Assembly (NCBI GenBank): GCA_023511795.1
Contig: JAIMAU010000012.1
Span: 2,008 to 66,007 of the forward strand
Direction of reading: 5' to 3'
Length of the DNA stretch: 64,000 bases
Origin: Armatimonadota bacterium
GTDB lineage: Bacteria; Armatimonadota; UBA5829; DTJY01
The stretch's first letter is position 1; each line of letters opens with the position of its first letter. Shown here piece after piece: positions 19,204-30,628 of this stretch. The position numbers were made by a program, and so were the translations under genes. The notes under the pieces were generated by a model. It did not search any database. It saw nothing but the letters and a program-made list of their open reading frames with translations, and was not told where the DNA came from.

Positions 19204-20508
19204 ATGAATACAAGGATGGCAAAAGACTCTTCGCAAGATACCTCGCTTGTCGGTTGGCAGAGTGAGACACTTCGCGAAGGTAAATGGAGACCTGATGACC
19301 TTCGGATGTTCAAATTCTTGCGAAGGGTGCTCAATAATATCAATATTGCCTATATAGCAACCTATCCGCCAACAGAGTGTGGCATAGCAACATTTACCCG
19401 AGATTTAGTTGTCGCAATATCCAAATACACACCGTTTTCAGAACCAATTGTGTTAGCGGTTGGTGGAACCATTGAGCAATATCCGAAAATAGTCAAATAT
19501 CGGGTTATGAAGCAAGATCTTGACTCCTATATTCAGGCTGCCAATTTCCTTAACAATTCGAGCGCAAAAATTCTTAATGTAGAACATGAATACGGTATCT
19601 TTGGCGGTCCCGACGGCGAATACATTCTGTCGCTCATGGAACGAGTAAAAATCCCAATCGTGACAACTCTTCATACAGTACTTTTCAATCCTAGCCCAAA
19701 TCAAAAACGCATTGTTCAAGAAATTGCACGCTTATCCCAAGCTGTAGTTGTAATGGTAAAAACTGGCAAAGAAATGCTTATAAATAATTATGGAATCCCA
19801 GCCGAGAAAATCGTGATTATTCCTCATGGAGTACCTAACGTTCACCGCGTAAATCCCGCTGCGGTGAAAAAACTCCTTGGGATTGCAAACCGACCCATAA
19901 TATCTACATTTGGGCTAATTAACCGCGGCAAAGGAATAGAATGGGCAATCAAAGCAATGCCAATGATTCTTGAAAAAAACCCCGATGCCTTGTATCTGAT
20001 TTTAGGTGAAACTCATCCAGGGGTTCGCAATTATGAAGGTGAAACTTATCGTAACGAGCTTTTGCAGATTGTGGCGGACCTCAATCTTGAAAAACATGTA
20101 CGCTTCAATAATAGATACCTTACGCTGGAAGAATTAGTAAACTACCTTTGTGCAACAGACGTATACGTTACTCCATATATCAACCGCGACCAGATAGTAA
20201 GCGGTACACTTGCATATGCTCTCGGGTGTGGCAAAGCAATCGTGTCTACACCATATCTATATGCAGAAGAAGTACTTGCTGACGGCAGGGGAAAATTGGT
20301 GCCAATGAAAAACTCTGAGGAAATCGCCAAAGCAGTGAACGAAATTCTTTCAAACCCAACTTTACGTGAAAACATGGAATCTAAAGCATACCGTTATGGA
20401 CGACGAGCTGCTTGGTTTAACGTAGCCATCGACTATCTTGACTTGTTCCATACCATACTTCAGCATACAAAGGCACACCAAACAATTGAAAGCCATTCAG
20501 AGGCTTAG
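19204..20508 (+). CDS. Glycosyltransferase family 4 (GT-B, group 1)
   Basis: GGGAG lies 6 nt upstream of the ATG. The N-terminus has YPPTECGIATF. The C-terminal half has the GT4 E-x7-E-like region (TPYLYAEEVLADGRGKLV). Confidence 0.85.
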   Translation: MNTRMAKDSSQDTSLVGWQSETLREGKWRPDDLRMFKFLRRVLNNINIAYIATYPPTECGIATFTRDLVVAISKYTPFSEPIVLAVGGTIEQYPKIVKYRVMKQDLDSYIQAANFLNNSSAKILNVEHEYGIFGGPDGEYILSLMERVKIPIVTTLHTVLFNPSPNQKRIVQEIARLSQAVVVMVKTGKEMLINNYGIPAEKIVIIPHGVPNVHRVNPAAVKKLLGIANRPIISTFGLINRGKGIEWAIKAMPMILEKNPDALYLILGETHPGVRNYEGETYRNELLQIVADLNLEKHVRFNNRYLTLEELVNYLCATDVYVTPYINRDQIVSGTLAYALGCGKAIVSTPYLYAEEVLADGRGKLVPMKNSEEIAKAVNEILSNPTLRENMESKAYRYGRRAAWFNVAIDYLDLFHTILQHTKAHQTIESHSEA

Positions 20509-20528
20509 ATCTAAAAGGAAGTGATTCA

Positions 20529-21707
20529 TTGAGTAAATACCCTCCAATAAGCCTGGACTATCTAAAAGCTCTTACGGATTGCACAGGAATATATCAACAC
20601 GCTGTCCACAGCGTGCCCAACTTAAAGCTTGGCTACACTACAGACGATAATGCTAGAGCTTTGATTGTCGCCGCTAAGCATTATGACTTGACAGGAGATC
20701 CTAGCGATCTTGCACTTGCCACTAGATATTTAAGCTTTATCCACTACGCGCACACCTCCGAAGGTTACTTCAGAAACGACATGAGTTTCCAGCGTAACTT
20801 CCTTGATGAACATGGAACCGAAGACTGTTATGGGCGAGCTATTTGGGGCTGTGGCTGTGCAGCATCAAGCAAGCTCCCAGAAAATGTAAGCATAGTTGCC
20901 AAAAAACTGCTAATCGATAGCTTGGGACGAGTCGGTGACCTCGAAAGTCCTCGTGCTAGAGCATATGCAATTCTTGGCATGTATAATTTTCTTCAGCAAA
21001 ACGAAGATACAAATGGAATTGCCGACAAAATCACAGCGCTGGCAGACTCACTTGTTGCCGGGTATGCAACATACCATGATAAGGAGTGGCACTGGTTCGA
21101 ACCATATTTAACTTATGGCAACGCAATTTTAGTTCATGCGATGTTAGTCGCGGCGGAGATTACCGGCAAGAAATCTCATAAAAATGTGGCTATGAAGACC
21201 TTGGGATTCCTTACCGATACGCTGATTGTAAACGGACGACTTGAAATCATTGGCAACAACGGCTGGTATCTAAAAGGACGTGAAAGGGCTTGGTATGACC
21301 AGCAAAGCATTGATGCGGGATATACAGCGTGTTTATTTGCAGAAGCCTATAAACAGCTTCGCCAAAAGGAATACCTAGAATTGGCGTATACTTCTTACGA
21401 TTGGTTTTTTGGTAAGAATAGATCAGGAGTTTGGGTATATGACCCTGTGAACAAAGGTTGCTATGATGCAGTAACTCCATGGGGATTAAATTTAAATCAA
21501 GGCGCCGAAGCCTGCATTTCATTTTTACTTGCTCAACTTGCAATCCACAATCTTGAGCAAGAAATAGAAAGTGCTTCTAAAAACCCCTCGCATGGAGGTT
21601 TTGAACAGAATGAAAATAAAAGAAATTATGACGACGCCAGCGATAACAGTAAGCGAAAACGCTCCGCTCGCAGAAGTAGTAGCCTTGCTGAGCAGTGCAA
21701 GGATTAG
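20529..21707 (+). CDS. Hypothetical protein, possibly an (alpha/alpha)6-barrel glycosidase-like fold
   Basis: 392-aa ORF, helix-rich with regularly spaced aromatic/acidic motifs. The last ~50 aa are low-complexity and basic, and they overlap the next gene. The fold assignment is an impression only. Confidence 0.55.
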   Translation: MSKYPPISLDYLKALTDCTGIYQHAVHSVPNLKLGYTTDDNARALIVAAKHYDLTGDPSDLALATRYLSFIHYAHTSEGYFRNDMSFQRNFLDEHGTEDCYGRAIWGCGCAASSKLPENVSIVAKKLLIDSLGRVGDLESPRARAYAILGMYNFLQQNEDTNGIADKITALADSLVAGYATYHDKEWHWFEPYLTYGNAILVHAMLVAAEITGKKSHKNVAMKTLGFLTDTLIVNGRLEIIGNNGWYLKGRERAWYDQQSIDAGYTACLFAEAYKQLRQKEYLELAYTSYDWFFGKNRSGVWVYDPVNKGCYDAVTPWGLNLNQGAEACISFLLAQLAIHNLEQEIESASKNPSHGGFEQNENKRNYDDASDNSKRKRSARRSSSLAEQCKD

Positions 21708-22053
21708 CAGTATTCCTATAGTAAACTCAGCTGATGAACTGGTTGGAATAATTTCAGAACATGATATTATAAAGGCCATGATGCCTACCTATGAAGACTT
21801 GCTGAGTTCTGAACCCGCAATTGTCGATATCGACGTTATGGAAACGCGAGCAGCAACTATTCGTGATAAACCCGCAAGTAGCATTATGACTAGAAAAGTA
21901 GTTACATTAAAAGAAGATGATGATGTCCTTGATGCCGCAGCGATGATACTCCTTAAACATATTAAGAACATTCCTATTGTTAGAGGAAAGCAAGTTGTAG
22001 GCATCGTAGCTAGGATTAATGTAATAAACGCCATAATGCAGGGCAAAATCTAG
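21610..22053 (+). CDS. CBS-domain pair protein
   Basis: The ATG at 21610 lies 11 nt after GGAGG. Two CBS repeats are visible (IMTTPAITV...GIISEHDI and IMTRKVVTL...GIVARINV). Confidence 0.8.
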   Translation: MKIKEIMTTPAITVSENAPLAEVVALLSSARISSIPIVNSADELVGIISEHDIIKAMMPTYEDLLSSEPAIVDIDVMETRAATIRDKPASSIMTRKVVTLKEDDDVLDAAAMILLKHIKNIPIVRGKQVVGIVARINVINAIMQGKI

Positions 22054-22062
22054 GGGACAAGA

Positions 22063-22935
22063 ATGCGTGGAAAAGAATTAATTGAGCAAGCAAGAAAGCA
22101 ACCGATACTTGGCGATGGAGCAATGGGAACCATGCTCCAAAATAAGGGGCTACCACCTGGAAGCTGTCCAGAACTCTGGAATGTTGAGCATTTTGATGTC
22201 ATACGTTCAATTCACGCGGCATATATCCAGGCCGGCTCGGAAATGATATCAACTAACACATTTGGTGCAAACCGATTAAAGCTTGCGCTCTTTGGGCTAC
22301 AGGATCGAGTCTGCGAACTGAATAAATTTGGCATCCAAGCAGCGCGAGAAGCAGCAAACGACAGAGTGTTTGTGGCTGGTTCCATTGGTCCAACGGGGAA
22401 ATTTCTTGAACCCCTAGGAGATCTAATCGAAGAAGAAGCAATCGAGGTTTTTGCTGAGCAAGCAATGGCTATGGCAGAAGCAGGAGCTGACATAATCCTA
22501 ATGGAAACATTTGCTGATTTGACCGAACTCAAGGCGGCACTTAAAGGGTCGCTTCAAACAGGCTTGCCATGTTTATGCACGATGCCCTTTGATACAAATG
22601 GACGAACAATGATGGGCGTATCACCAGAAGAAGCGGCCCATGTTCTAACAGCTATGGGAGCATCTGGGGTAGGAGCAAATTGCGGTGTCGGGCCAAAGGA
22701 GACACTTGACGTTATCAAACAAATACGAGCGGCAACGGATTCTATCGTAGTCGCCCAACCAAATGCGGGAGTGCCACGAATAGCTGATGGTGTTACAGTC
22801 TACGACAGCACCCCCGAAGAAATGGCATTGTTTGCGGCGGAGGCAGCAAATATTGGGGTCAATATAATAGGAGCATGCTGTGGAAGCACACCGGAGCATA
22901 TTCGAGCAATGGCAACAGCTCTGGGCCGCATATAA
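22063..22935 (+). CDS. Homocysteine S-methyltransferase domain protein (MetH N-terminal-like)
   Basis: Motifs GDGAMGTML, TNTFGAN, GANCG and GACCGSTPEHI (zinc-binding cysteines) are present. Confidence 0.8.
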   Translation: MRGKELIEQARKQPILGDGAMGTMLQNKGLPPGSCPELWNVEHFDVIRSIHAAYIQAGSEMISTNTFGANRLKLALFGLQDRVCELNKFGIQAAREAANDRVFVAGSIGPTGKFLEPLGDLIEEEAIEVFAEQAMAMAEAGADIILMETFADLTELKAALKGSLQTGLPCLCTMPFDTNGRTMMGVSPEEAAHVLTAMGASGVGANCGVGPKETLDVIKQIRAATDSIVVAQPNAGVPRIADGVTVYDSTPEEMALFAAEAANIGVNIIGACCGSTPEHIRAMATALGRI

Positions 22936-22961
22936 TTTACTTTCATTTTGAAAGTAATGAT

Positions 22962-22998
22962 AGACCTGGAAAAGATTTCCAGGTCTATTGTAATTTTG
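22962..22998 (+). terminator. Intrinsic terminator
   Basis: AGACCTGGAA-AAGA-TTCCAGGTCT (10-bp stem) followed by ATTGTAATTTTGG, 27 nt after the stop codon. Confidence 0.7.
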
Positions 22999-23048
22999 GG
23001 TAAACCAATTTTAAGTAAAAATCAGCTTGTGAAGATGTGGGAGGTAAA

Positions 23049-23435
23049 GTGCAACCTAAAGACCTAAAATATACGAAAACTCACGAATGGGTTAAGATAA
23101 AAGGTAAGGGCAACCTAGCTACCGTCGGCATCACAGACCATGCACAATCAGAACTAGGCGAAATCCTGTTTGTTGAATTACCGCAAATCGGCGCCCTTGC
23201 AAAAAAGGACGCAGTAATTGGAACTGTCGAATCACTAGATGCATTTTACGAAATTCTTGCGCCCGTAAATGGAAAAATAGTTGAAGTGAACAATGAACTT
23301 TCCGAGGCACCAGAGAAAATCAACGAAAGTCCATACCACAGTGGTTGGATGTTTACTATCGAGATGTCTAATCCAGAAGAGGCTAATACACTAATGAGTG
23401 CCGATGATTATGAGGAGTTCATAAAAAACCACTGA
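23049..23435 (+). CDS. gcvH: Glycine cleavage system H protein
   Basis: N-terminal LKYTKTHEWV. The lipoyl-lysine context ESLDAFYEILAPVNG diverges from the usual ESVKA motif. C-terminal NESPY..GWMF is present. GTG at 23049 lies 4 nt after GGGAGG; the track ORF starts at 23037. Confidence 0.85.
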   Translation: MQPKDLKYTKTHEWVKIKGKGNLATVGITDHAQSELGEILFVELPQIGALAKKDAVIGTVESLDAFYEILAPVNGKIVEVNNELSEAPEKINESPYHSGWMFTIEMSNPEEANTLMSADDYEEFIKNH

Positions 23436-23614
23436 ACGGCCATTGGAAAAATTTATAGGGGAGAAAATTGCCAATCTAACATGCAAATACTACTCAAACT
23501 ACGCTCTCAAGCTTCCGATTATAGAAAAGGGGCTGATGATATATCGCCTAACCCCGATATAATACATATTTCAACTTTATTAACTGTTGGGTAAATATTC
23601 CAAAAAGGCAAACG

Positions 23615-23644
23615 TTGACAATGATATTAAATGTACGCTATACT
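23615..23644 (+). promoter_or_regulatory. Candidate sigma70-like promoter for the receiver-domain gene
   Basis: TTGACA-18 nt-TATACT, 32 nt upstream of the start codon. Confidence 0.4.
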
Positions 23645-23675
23645 ATTTGAGATAGTCTGAGAGGAGGCTGCCTTT

Positions 23676-24086
23676 ATGCCACGCAAAATTTTGGCTGTCG
23701 ATGATGAAAAACACATAGTAAGATTAGTACAAGTTAACCTTGAGCGTCAAGGTTATGAGGTTGTCACTGCATCTGATGGCAAGGAAGCCCTTCAAAAAGT
23801 TGAAGAAGAAAGACCCGACCTTGTAATCCTAGACGTAATGATGCCCTATATGGATGGGTTTGAGGTGCTACAGAATCTACGCCGCAACCCCAGCACTCGT
23901 GATATCCCCGTAATCATGTTGACAGCAAAAGCGCAAGATGCCGACGTCTTCAGGGGATGGCAGTCTGGTGTTGATTGCTATCTAACTAAGCCTTTCAATC
24001 CCATGGAGCTTATATCATTTGTTAAGCGAATTTTTAAGTCCATGGAGGATGAAGACTACGGCGAAAAGAGATATGAGATCACCTAA
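23676..24086 (+). CDS. Single-domain response regulator (CheY-like receiver)
   Basis: Acidic pocket DDE, phospho-acceptor context LVILDVMMP, LTAK and KPF motifs. There is no output domain. Confidence 0.9.
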   Translation: MPRKILAVDDEKHIVRLVQVNLERQGYEVVTASDGKEALQKVEEERPDLVILDVMMPYMDGFEVLQNLRRNPSTRDIPVIMLTAKAQDADVFRGWQSGVDCYLTKPFNPMELISFVKRIFKSMEDEDYGEKRYEIT

Positions 24087-24091
24087 TTAAT

Positions 24092-24346
24092 ATGGCAGAT
24101 TTACACAGTGCGGAGGGCACGAGGGTGGACGACAAAAAGACATGGCCAGTTGTATTGGGCGTTGCTGCCGGAATAATCGGCGGAGTCGTTGCTGGGCTTT
24201 ACATTTATTCTATCAATAAAAAGGAAACAAACGTTGGTGTTAGTCTTCGTACTGCCCAAGAAATTATTGAGGCTTGCCACAGTAAAATTAAGGAAATTGA
24301 AGCTGGTCTTAAAAGCTTAAAAGAAGCCACTCCAATACAAAACTAG
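24092..24346 (+). CDS. Small membrane protein (one TM plus a coiled-coil tail), unknown function
   Basis: 84-aa ORF starting 5 nt after the receiver gene stop. It has a Gly-rich TM (WPVVLGVAAGIIGGVVAGLYIY) and a helical C-terminus. Confidence 0.55.
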   Translation: MADLHSAEGTRVDDKKTWPVVLGVAAGIIGGVVAGLYIYSINKKETNVGVSLRTAQEIIEACHSKIKEIEAGLKSLKEATPIQN

Positions 24347-24459
24347 CCAGAATATTTATTTCCAAATAGACATTTCCTAGAGCGCTTAAATTGGGGGTTA
24401 AAAGTGAGAAAATAAACGTCCGATAAGTTATCTTATGTTAACTTTTTATTTTCCACCTT

Positions 24460-25014
24460 TTAGTCTTCCCTTGTCGCCTGCTGGAGAACTGATTCTGCCA
24501 TGTAAATTGGCGCCTTTGCTCTCAGCGCTAGAGCAATTGCATCGCTTGGCCTTGCATCTATATCTATGAAATTACCATTCGTGGAAACAGTAATTTTGGC
24601 ATAATATGTATCTTGCCAAAGGTCATCTATAGTAATTCTGTCAACTTTTCCGCCCAACCGATCAAGTATATTTTTCATCAAGTCGTGAGTCATCGGACGG
24701 TCTAGGGTTGCTCCTTCTAACGCAACTGAGATCGCATAGGCTTCGAATCTGCCAATATAAATAAGCACCTGCCGACCACTGTTATCCCTCAGTAGGACAA
24801 ATGCAGCAGGCGGCATTCCCTGCTCGATATGCTCGTAAACGCCAACGACCTTAACTTCCTTTTCGTCTAGCGTTCGCGGCTGCTTGTTTTCAATTTCAGG
24901 TGGAGGCTCGCCTTCAAACAGGCCATCGAAGTCTCCATGCTGAAACATCTTCCCGCTCAGCAAATCATCGAGGTCTTTGAACTCCTCCTCAGGCTGCTCG
25001 TCCTCTTCCCTCAC
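24460..25014 (-). CDS. Bifunctional nuclease family protein (DUF151/BFN domain)
   Basis: GTG start 8 nt after GGAGG. Conserved segments are IGRFEAYAISVALEG, RPMTHDL and IDARPSDAIALALR. Confidence 0.8.
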   Translation of the reverse strand: MREEDEQPEEEFKDLDDLLSGKMFQHGDFDGLFEGEPPPEIENKQPRTLDEKEVKVVGVYEHIEQGMPPAAFVLLRDNSGRQVLIYIGRFEAYAISVALEGATLDRPMTHDLMKNILDRLGGKVDRITIDDLWQDTYYAKITVSTNGNFIDIDARPSDAIALALRAKAPIYMAESVLQQATRED

Positions 25015-25092
25015 GATACTATCCTCCCCTGCTCTGTCCTATTTCGTCCTGTTATTACAATTATGGCTTTTGTTACCCTTGTTTGCAAGTAA

Positions 25093-26367
25093 CTAATCCA
25101 ATTCTGTACTCTTCATTGTTTTATCCACAATTTTCAAAAATTCAGCATTATTCTTTGTATGCGCAAGGCGATCTATAAGCAACTCCGTTGCCTCAACGCT
25201 GTCCAACGCCGCAAGCAATCTGTGCAACTGCCATACACGCTTGAGGGTCTCCTCGTCATAAAGAAGCTCATCATGGCGTGTTCCAGAACGCTTTACATCT
25301 ATAGCAGGATAAATACGCCGTTCAGCAAGCGCTCTGTCTAGCACCAATTCCATGTTGCCTGTACCCTTGAATTCCTCAAAGATCACGTCATCCATACGGC
25401 TTCCAGTTTCGACAAGGGCTGTTGCAAGGACTGTGAGGCTTCCTCCTTCCTCGATGTTTCGCGCGGCGCCAAAGAATCTTTTTGGTCTATAAAGCGCCGA
25501 TGGGTCCAGCCCGCCGGACAGCGTTCGACCGCTAGGCGTAACAGTTAGGTTAGATGCTCTTGCAAACCTTGTTAGGCTGTCCAAAAGCACAACCACATCC
25601 TTGCCTGACTCAACAAGCCGCTTTGCCTGCTCAAGGACCATATCAGCAACTCGCATATGATTCTCGGGCATTTCATCGAATGTCGAGCTGACTACATCCC
25701 CTTTAACTGAACGTCGGATGTCTGTAACCTCTTCCGGCCGTTCGTCTATTAGTAAAACGATTAAATGAATTTCGGGATGGTTGGTTGTTATACTATTTGC
25801 AATTGTTTTTAGGAGCGTAGTTTTACCAGCCTTTGGAGGCGACACAATGAGACCGCGCTGCCCCTTTCCTATCGGCGCTATTAAATCAATAAACCTTGCT
25901 GAGATATTCTTGGAGTCTGTTTCGAGAACAATTCGCTCGTTTGGATAAAGCGGAGTAAGGTCATCGAAATTCACCCGGCGGCGTGCCACCTCAGGGTCGA
26001 GCCCATTAACAGCTTCAACTCTAAGGAGCCCATAATATTTTTCGCTCTCCTTGGGCGGCCTAACTTGCCCCAACACCACGTCGCCGGTCTTCAACGCAAA
26101 TCGCTTTATCTGCGTCTGGGAGACGTAGATATCCTCTGGACCTGGTGTAAAGTTGGGATTTCTTCGTAAAAAACCCCATCCGTCCGGGAGGATTTCCAGC
26201 GTGCCCTGAGCGAAAATGAGTCCGCTTTGTTCAGTCTGCGCCTGCAAAATTTTGAACATTAGGTCCTGCTTCCGCAGATCGGTTTCCTCAATCCCGAGGT
26301 CCTTTGCAATTTCTTGGATCTCTTCTAAACTTTTACTTTCGAGGTCCGCAAGTTCTAGTAGTTCCAT
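25093..26367 (-). CDS. rho: Transcription termination factor Rho
   Basis: N-terminal Rho_N and cold-shock-like RNA-binding domains ([14 protein letters not shown]), Walker A PPKAGKTT, and the C-terminal RecA-like domain. Confidence 0.95.
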   Translation of the reverse strand: MELLELADLESKSLEEIQEIAKDLGIEETDLRKQDLMFKILQAQTEQSGLIFAQGTLEILPDGWGFLRRNPNFTPGPEDIYVSQTQIKRFALKTGDVVLGQVRPPKESEKYYGLLRVEAVNGLDPEVARRRVNFDDLTPLYPNERIVLETDSKNISARFIDLIAPIGKGQRGLIVSPPKAGKTTLLKTIANSITTNHPEIHLIVLLIDERPEEVTDIRRSVKGDVVSSTFDEMPENHMRVADMVLEQAKRLVESGKDVVVLLDSLTRFARASNLTVTPSGRTLSGGLDPSALYRPKRFFGAARNIEEGGSLTVLATALVETGSRMDDVIFEEFKGTGNMELVLDRALAERRIYPAIDVKRSGTRHDELLYDEETLKRVWQLHRLLAALDSVEATELLIDRLAHTKNNAEFLKIVDKTMKSTELD

Positions 26368-26555
26368 GAGGGTATAACTCCTGTTAGGCTCAATTATTTA
26401 AAAATGCAACCCCGCCGCTTTTACAAGAGACGGAGAAAAGAAAGAAAGCGCAAAAAGAAAACTGAGATTCCGATGGAGCATTACCAGGTGCCGGAGAGTA
26501 AGGCAAATCTATTACAACATTCCAGACACCGGGGAAACATTCACATTCACTAGTA

Positions 26556-26584
26556 ATTATACCATGTATACGCACTTTTGTCTA
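26556..26584 (-). promoter_or_regulatory. Candidate promoter for rho
   Basis: The minus strand reads TAGACA-17 nt-TATAAT with a TGG extended -10, implying a leader of ~180 nt. Confidence 0.4.
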
Positions 26585-26617
26585 CAAAAATAGGCAATCA
26601 AATCTAATAATTACGTT

Positions 26618-27175
26618 TTAAACCTGCCTCTGTTTAAAAATTTCCTCCTTCAGCACTCCTATGAAGGGAAGATTTCTGTAAAGTCCGCCAAAATCTAGGC
26701 CGTAGCCCACAACAAACTTATCTGGAATGGTAAAGCCCTTGTAATCTGGTTCGATATCCACTTGCCTTCGAGCTGGTTTATCAAGAAGCGTGCATATCTT
26801 TACGCTGGCTGCTTTTCGCCGCTCAAGGTTGTCTTTCAAGTAACTTAGCTTAAGCGTCAAACCAGTATCAATGATGTCCTCCACTATTAACACATGTTTA
26901 TTTTCGACGCTTTCATCCAGGTCCTTGAGAATTTTTACCACGCCCGACGAGCGCGTAGATGGTCCATAACTAGATATGGCAACAAAATCAACTAATAAAG
27001 GGATTGAAATCTGCCTCATAAGGTCAGCTAAGAAAACAACAGCGCCTTTTAGAATACCAACTAATACTAATTCCTTGCCAAGGTAGTCCTCAGAAATCTT
27101 GCGCCCCAGTTCTGCAACCCGGGCTTCTATTTGCTCTTTGGAAATTAAAATCTCAGCAATTTCCTCAGCAATCAA
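26618..27175 (-). CDS. hpt: Hypoxanthine phosphoribosyltransferase
   Basis: PRPP-binding motif [13 protein letters not shown] and the [13 protein letters not shown]-terminus typical of Hpt. TTG at 27175 lies just after the guaA stop with GGAG 7 nt upstream. The longer track ORF (to 27232) would overlap guaA by 53 nt. Confidence 0.9.
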   Translation of the reverse strand: MIAEEIAEILISKEQIEARVAELGRKISEDYLGKELVLVGILKGAVVFLADLMRQISIPLLVDFVAISSYGPSTRSSGVVKILKDLDESVENKHVLIVEDIIDTGLTLKLSYLKDNLERRKAASVKICTLLDKPARRQVDIEPDYKGFTIPDKFVVGYGLDFGGLYRNLPFIGVLKEEIFKQRQV

Positions 27176-27179
27176 TCTC

Positions 27180-28724
27180 CTACTCCCATTCGATTGTTGA
27201 AGGAGGTTTTGAGCTGATGTCGTAGAGCACACGGTTTACTCCCTTGACCTCATTGACTATGCGCCTGCTGATTCGCTCGAGAACTTCTGTCGGGAGTTTA
27301 GCCCAGTCAGCCGTCATTGCATCATCACTAGTTACAGCTCGGACGACGACCGGATATGCATAAGTGCGCTGGTCACCCATAACGCCAACAGACTGAACTG
27401 GCAGAAGTACGGCAAAGGATTGCCAAAGCTCTCGATAAAGCCCCGCCTTTTGAATTTCTTCGAGCACAATGGCGTCCGCTTCCCTTAGTATATGAAGACG
27501 TTCCTTTGTTACTTCGCCTACCACACGAACACCCAATCCTGGACCAGGAAACGGTTGCCGCCATGTTATTTCATCCGGCAAACCGAGCTCTTTGCAAACA
27601 TCCCGAACTTCATCCTTGAACAAATAACGAATCGGCTCAATTAATTCGAATTTAATATCATCAGGAAGACCCGCAACATTATGGTGTGTTTTAATTTTGG
27701 CGGCAGATTTAGTCCCGCTTTCGATTACGTCAGGATAAATAGTCCCTTGCGCTAGAAATCGAATATCCCCAAGTTTCGAGGCTTCTTCTTCAAACACTCG
27801 GACGAACTCGCTACCGATAATATTTCGTTTTTGTTCAGGATTTACTATTCCCCTAAGCTTATTTAAAAATCTCTCTTCAGCCTCAATGTAAACCAACTTA
27901 ATGTTAAAATGTTCCTCAAAAGTCGATCGAACCATCTCTGCTTCGCCTTTGCGAAGCATACCATGATTGACAAAGACACAGGTTAGTTGATCTCCAACTG
28001 CTTTGTGGACAAGCACTGCAACTGCAGATGAATCCACACCGCCGCTTAGAGCACATATTACTTTTTCACTACCAACCTGCTTTCGAATTTCTTCAACCGA
28101 CTGCTCTATAAATGAGCCCATTGTCCAAAGGCCCTTGCAACCACACACATCATACAAGAAATTGGATATAATCTGCTTGCCTTTAGGTGTGTGGGCAACC
28201 TCGGGATGAAATTGCACGCCATAAAGCTTTCTTTCAGGGGCAGCCATGGCGGCTATTGGCGTATTTTCAGTTCGCGCTATGCACAAGAAGCCAGGCGGAA
28301 CATCCTCGACGCTATCTCCATGGCTCATCCAAGTTGTAACCTTACCCTTTAGACCTTTAAACAAATCCCCTGAGCTTAAAATTTCAAGCTCAGTTTTACC
28401 GTATTCTCGCTTTGCGCTTCCTATTACCCGTCCGCCTAACAAATGTGCCATTAGCTGCATGCCATAACAAATACCTAAAACCGGGATACCGAGCTCAAAT
28501 ATAGTTTTATCACAAGTGGGAACGCCAGCGTCATAAACGCTTGAGGGACCACCTGAAAGTATTATTCCAGATAAACCCATTGCCTTTATGTGCCCAGGCG
28601 AGATGTCGTGCGGCAGTATTTCAGCATAAACATGGCACTCCCGCACTCTTCGGGCTATCAGCTGGCTGTACTGCGCACCGAAGTCAAGAACTCCAATTCG
28701 TTCAACTGAGGTACCAATCTCCAT
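27180..28724 (-). CDS. guaA: GMP synthase (glutamine-hydrolysing)
   Basis: GATase domain (GICYGMQ, the catalytic Cys context), ATP-PPase motif SGGVDSS, and a C-terminal dimerisation domain ending IEWE. Confidence 0.95.
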   Translation of the reverse strand: MEIGTSVERIGVLDFGAQYSQLIARRVRECHVYAEILPHDISPGHIKAMGLSGIILSGGPSSVYDAGVPTCDKTIFELGIPVLGICYGMQLMAHLLGGRVIGSAKREYGKTELEILSSGDLFKGLKGKVTTWMSHGDSVEDVPPGFLCIARTENTPIAAMAAPERKLYGVQFHPEVAHTPKGKQIISNFLYDVCGCKGLWTMGSFIEQSVEEIRKQVGSEKVICALSGGVDSSAVAVLVHKAVGDQLTCVFVNHGMLRKGEAEMVRSTFEEHFNIKLVYIEAEERFLNKLRGIVNPEQKRNIIGSEFVRVFEEEASKLGDIRFLAQGTIYPDVIESGTKSAAKIKTHHNVAGLPDDIKFELIEPIRYLFKDEVRDVCKELGLPDEITWRQPFPGPGLGVRVVGEVTKERLHILREADAIVLEEIQKAGLYRELWQSFAVLLPVQSVGVMGDQRTYAYPVVVRAVTSDDAMTADWAKLPTEVLERISRRIVNEVKGVNRVLYDISSKPPSTIEWE

Positions 28725-28842
28725 TCTAGAGGAACCCCTGGGGAATGTTGTTTGACTGTTGTTTAATCACTGGGCTACAAAACTACTGGGGCACATTATA
28801 AGCTATTATCTACTTCCATAGAGCGGCAAAATTAACGTGTTC

Positions 28843-28872
28843 ATTCTACTAAATTGTCATTAATGATGTCAA
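28843..28872 (-). promoter_or_regulatory. Candidate promoter for guaA-hpt
   Basis: The minus strand reads TTGACA-18 nt-TAGAAT. It lies between the post-groEL hairpin and guaA. Confidence 0.4.
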
Positions 28873-28889
28873 GGCAACCCCAGCTTTTT

Positions 28890-28928
28890 AGGAGTGCGAT
28901 GGTTTGAAATTCAAACCATCGCACTCCT
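28890..28928 (-). terminator. Large hairpin downstream of groEL (terminator-like, no U-tract)
   Basis: AGGAGTGCGATGGTTTGAA-A-TTCAAACCATCGCACTCCT is a 39-nt near-perfect palindrome 63 nt after the groEL stop. On the groEL strand it is followed by AAAAAGC rather than a T-tract. Confidence 0.4.
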
Positions 28929-28990
28929 ATTTGTGAAATGCATTCCCACTGCCTTTATCTTTTGGGAATGAGTGTAAATGACTTTTTCAA

Positions 28991-30628
<1,638 letters not shown>

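Noticed and set aside
22936-23048. Glycine riboswitch upstream of gcvH
   Set aside because: The interval is only ~110 nt and is mostly occupied by the upstream terminator hairpin, which leaves no room for a glycine aptamer.
23515-23565. Hammerhead-ribozyme-like CUGAUGA followed by a hairpin (ATATCG...CGATAT)
   Set aside because: The obligatory GAAA core after stem II and a plausible stem I/III are missing.
26390-26575. 61-aa ORF between hpt and rho
   Set aside because: It lies in the predicted rho leader on the same strand, has no RBS, and its translation looks odd. A non-coding leader explains it better.
28725-28842. Purine riboswitch in the guaA leader
   Set aside because: Apart from a UAUAAU string, the conserved cores (UGGAUAUGG, CCGUAAAU...CCGACUAUG) are absent. 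No three-way junction could be drawn.
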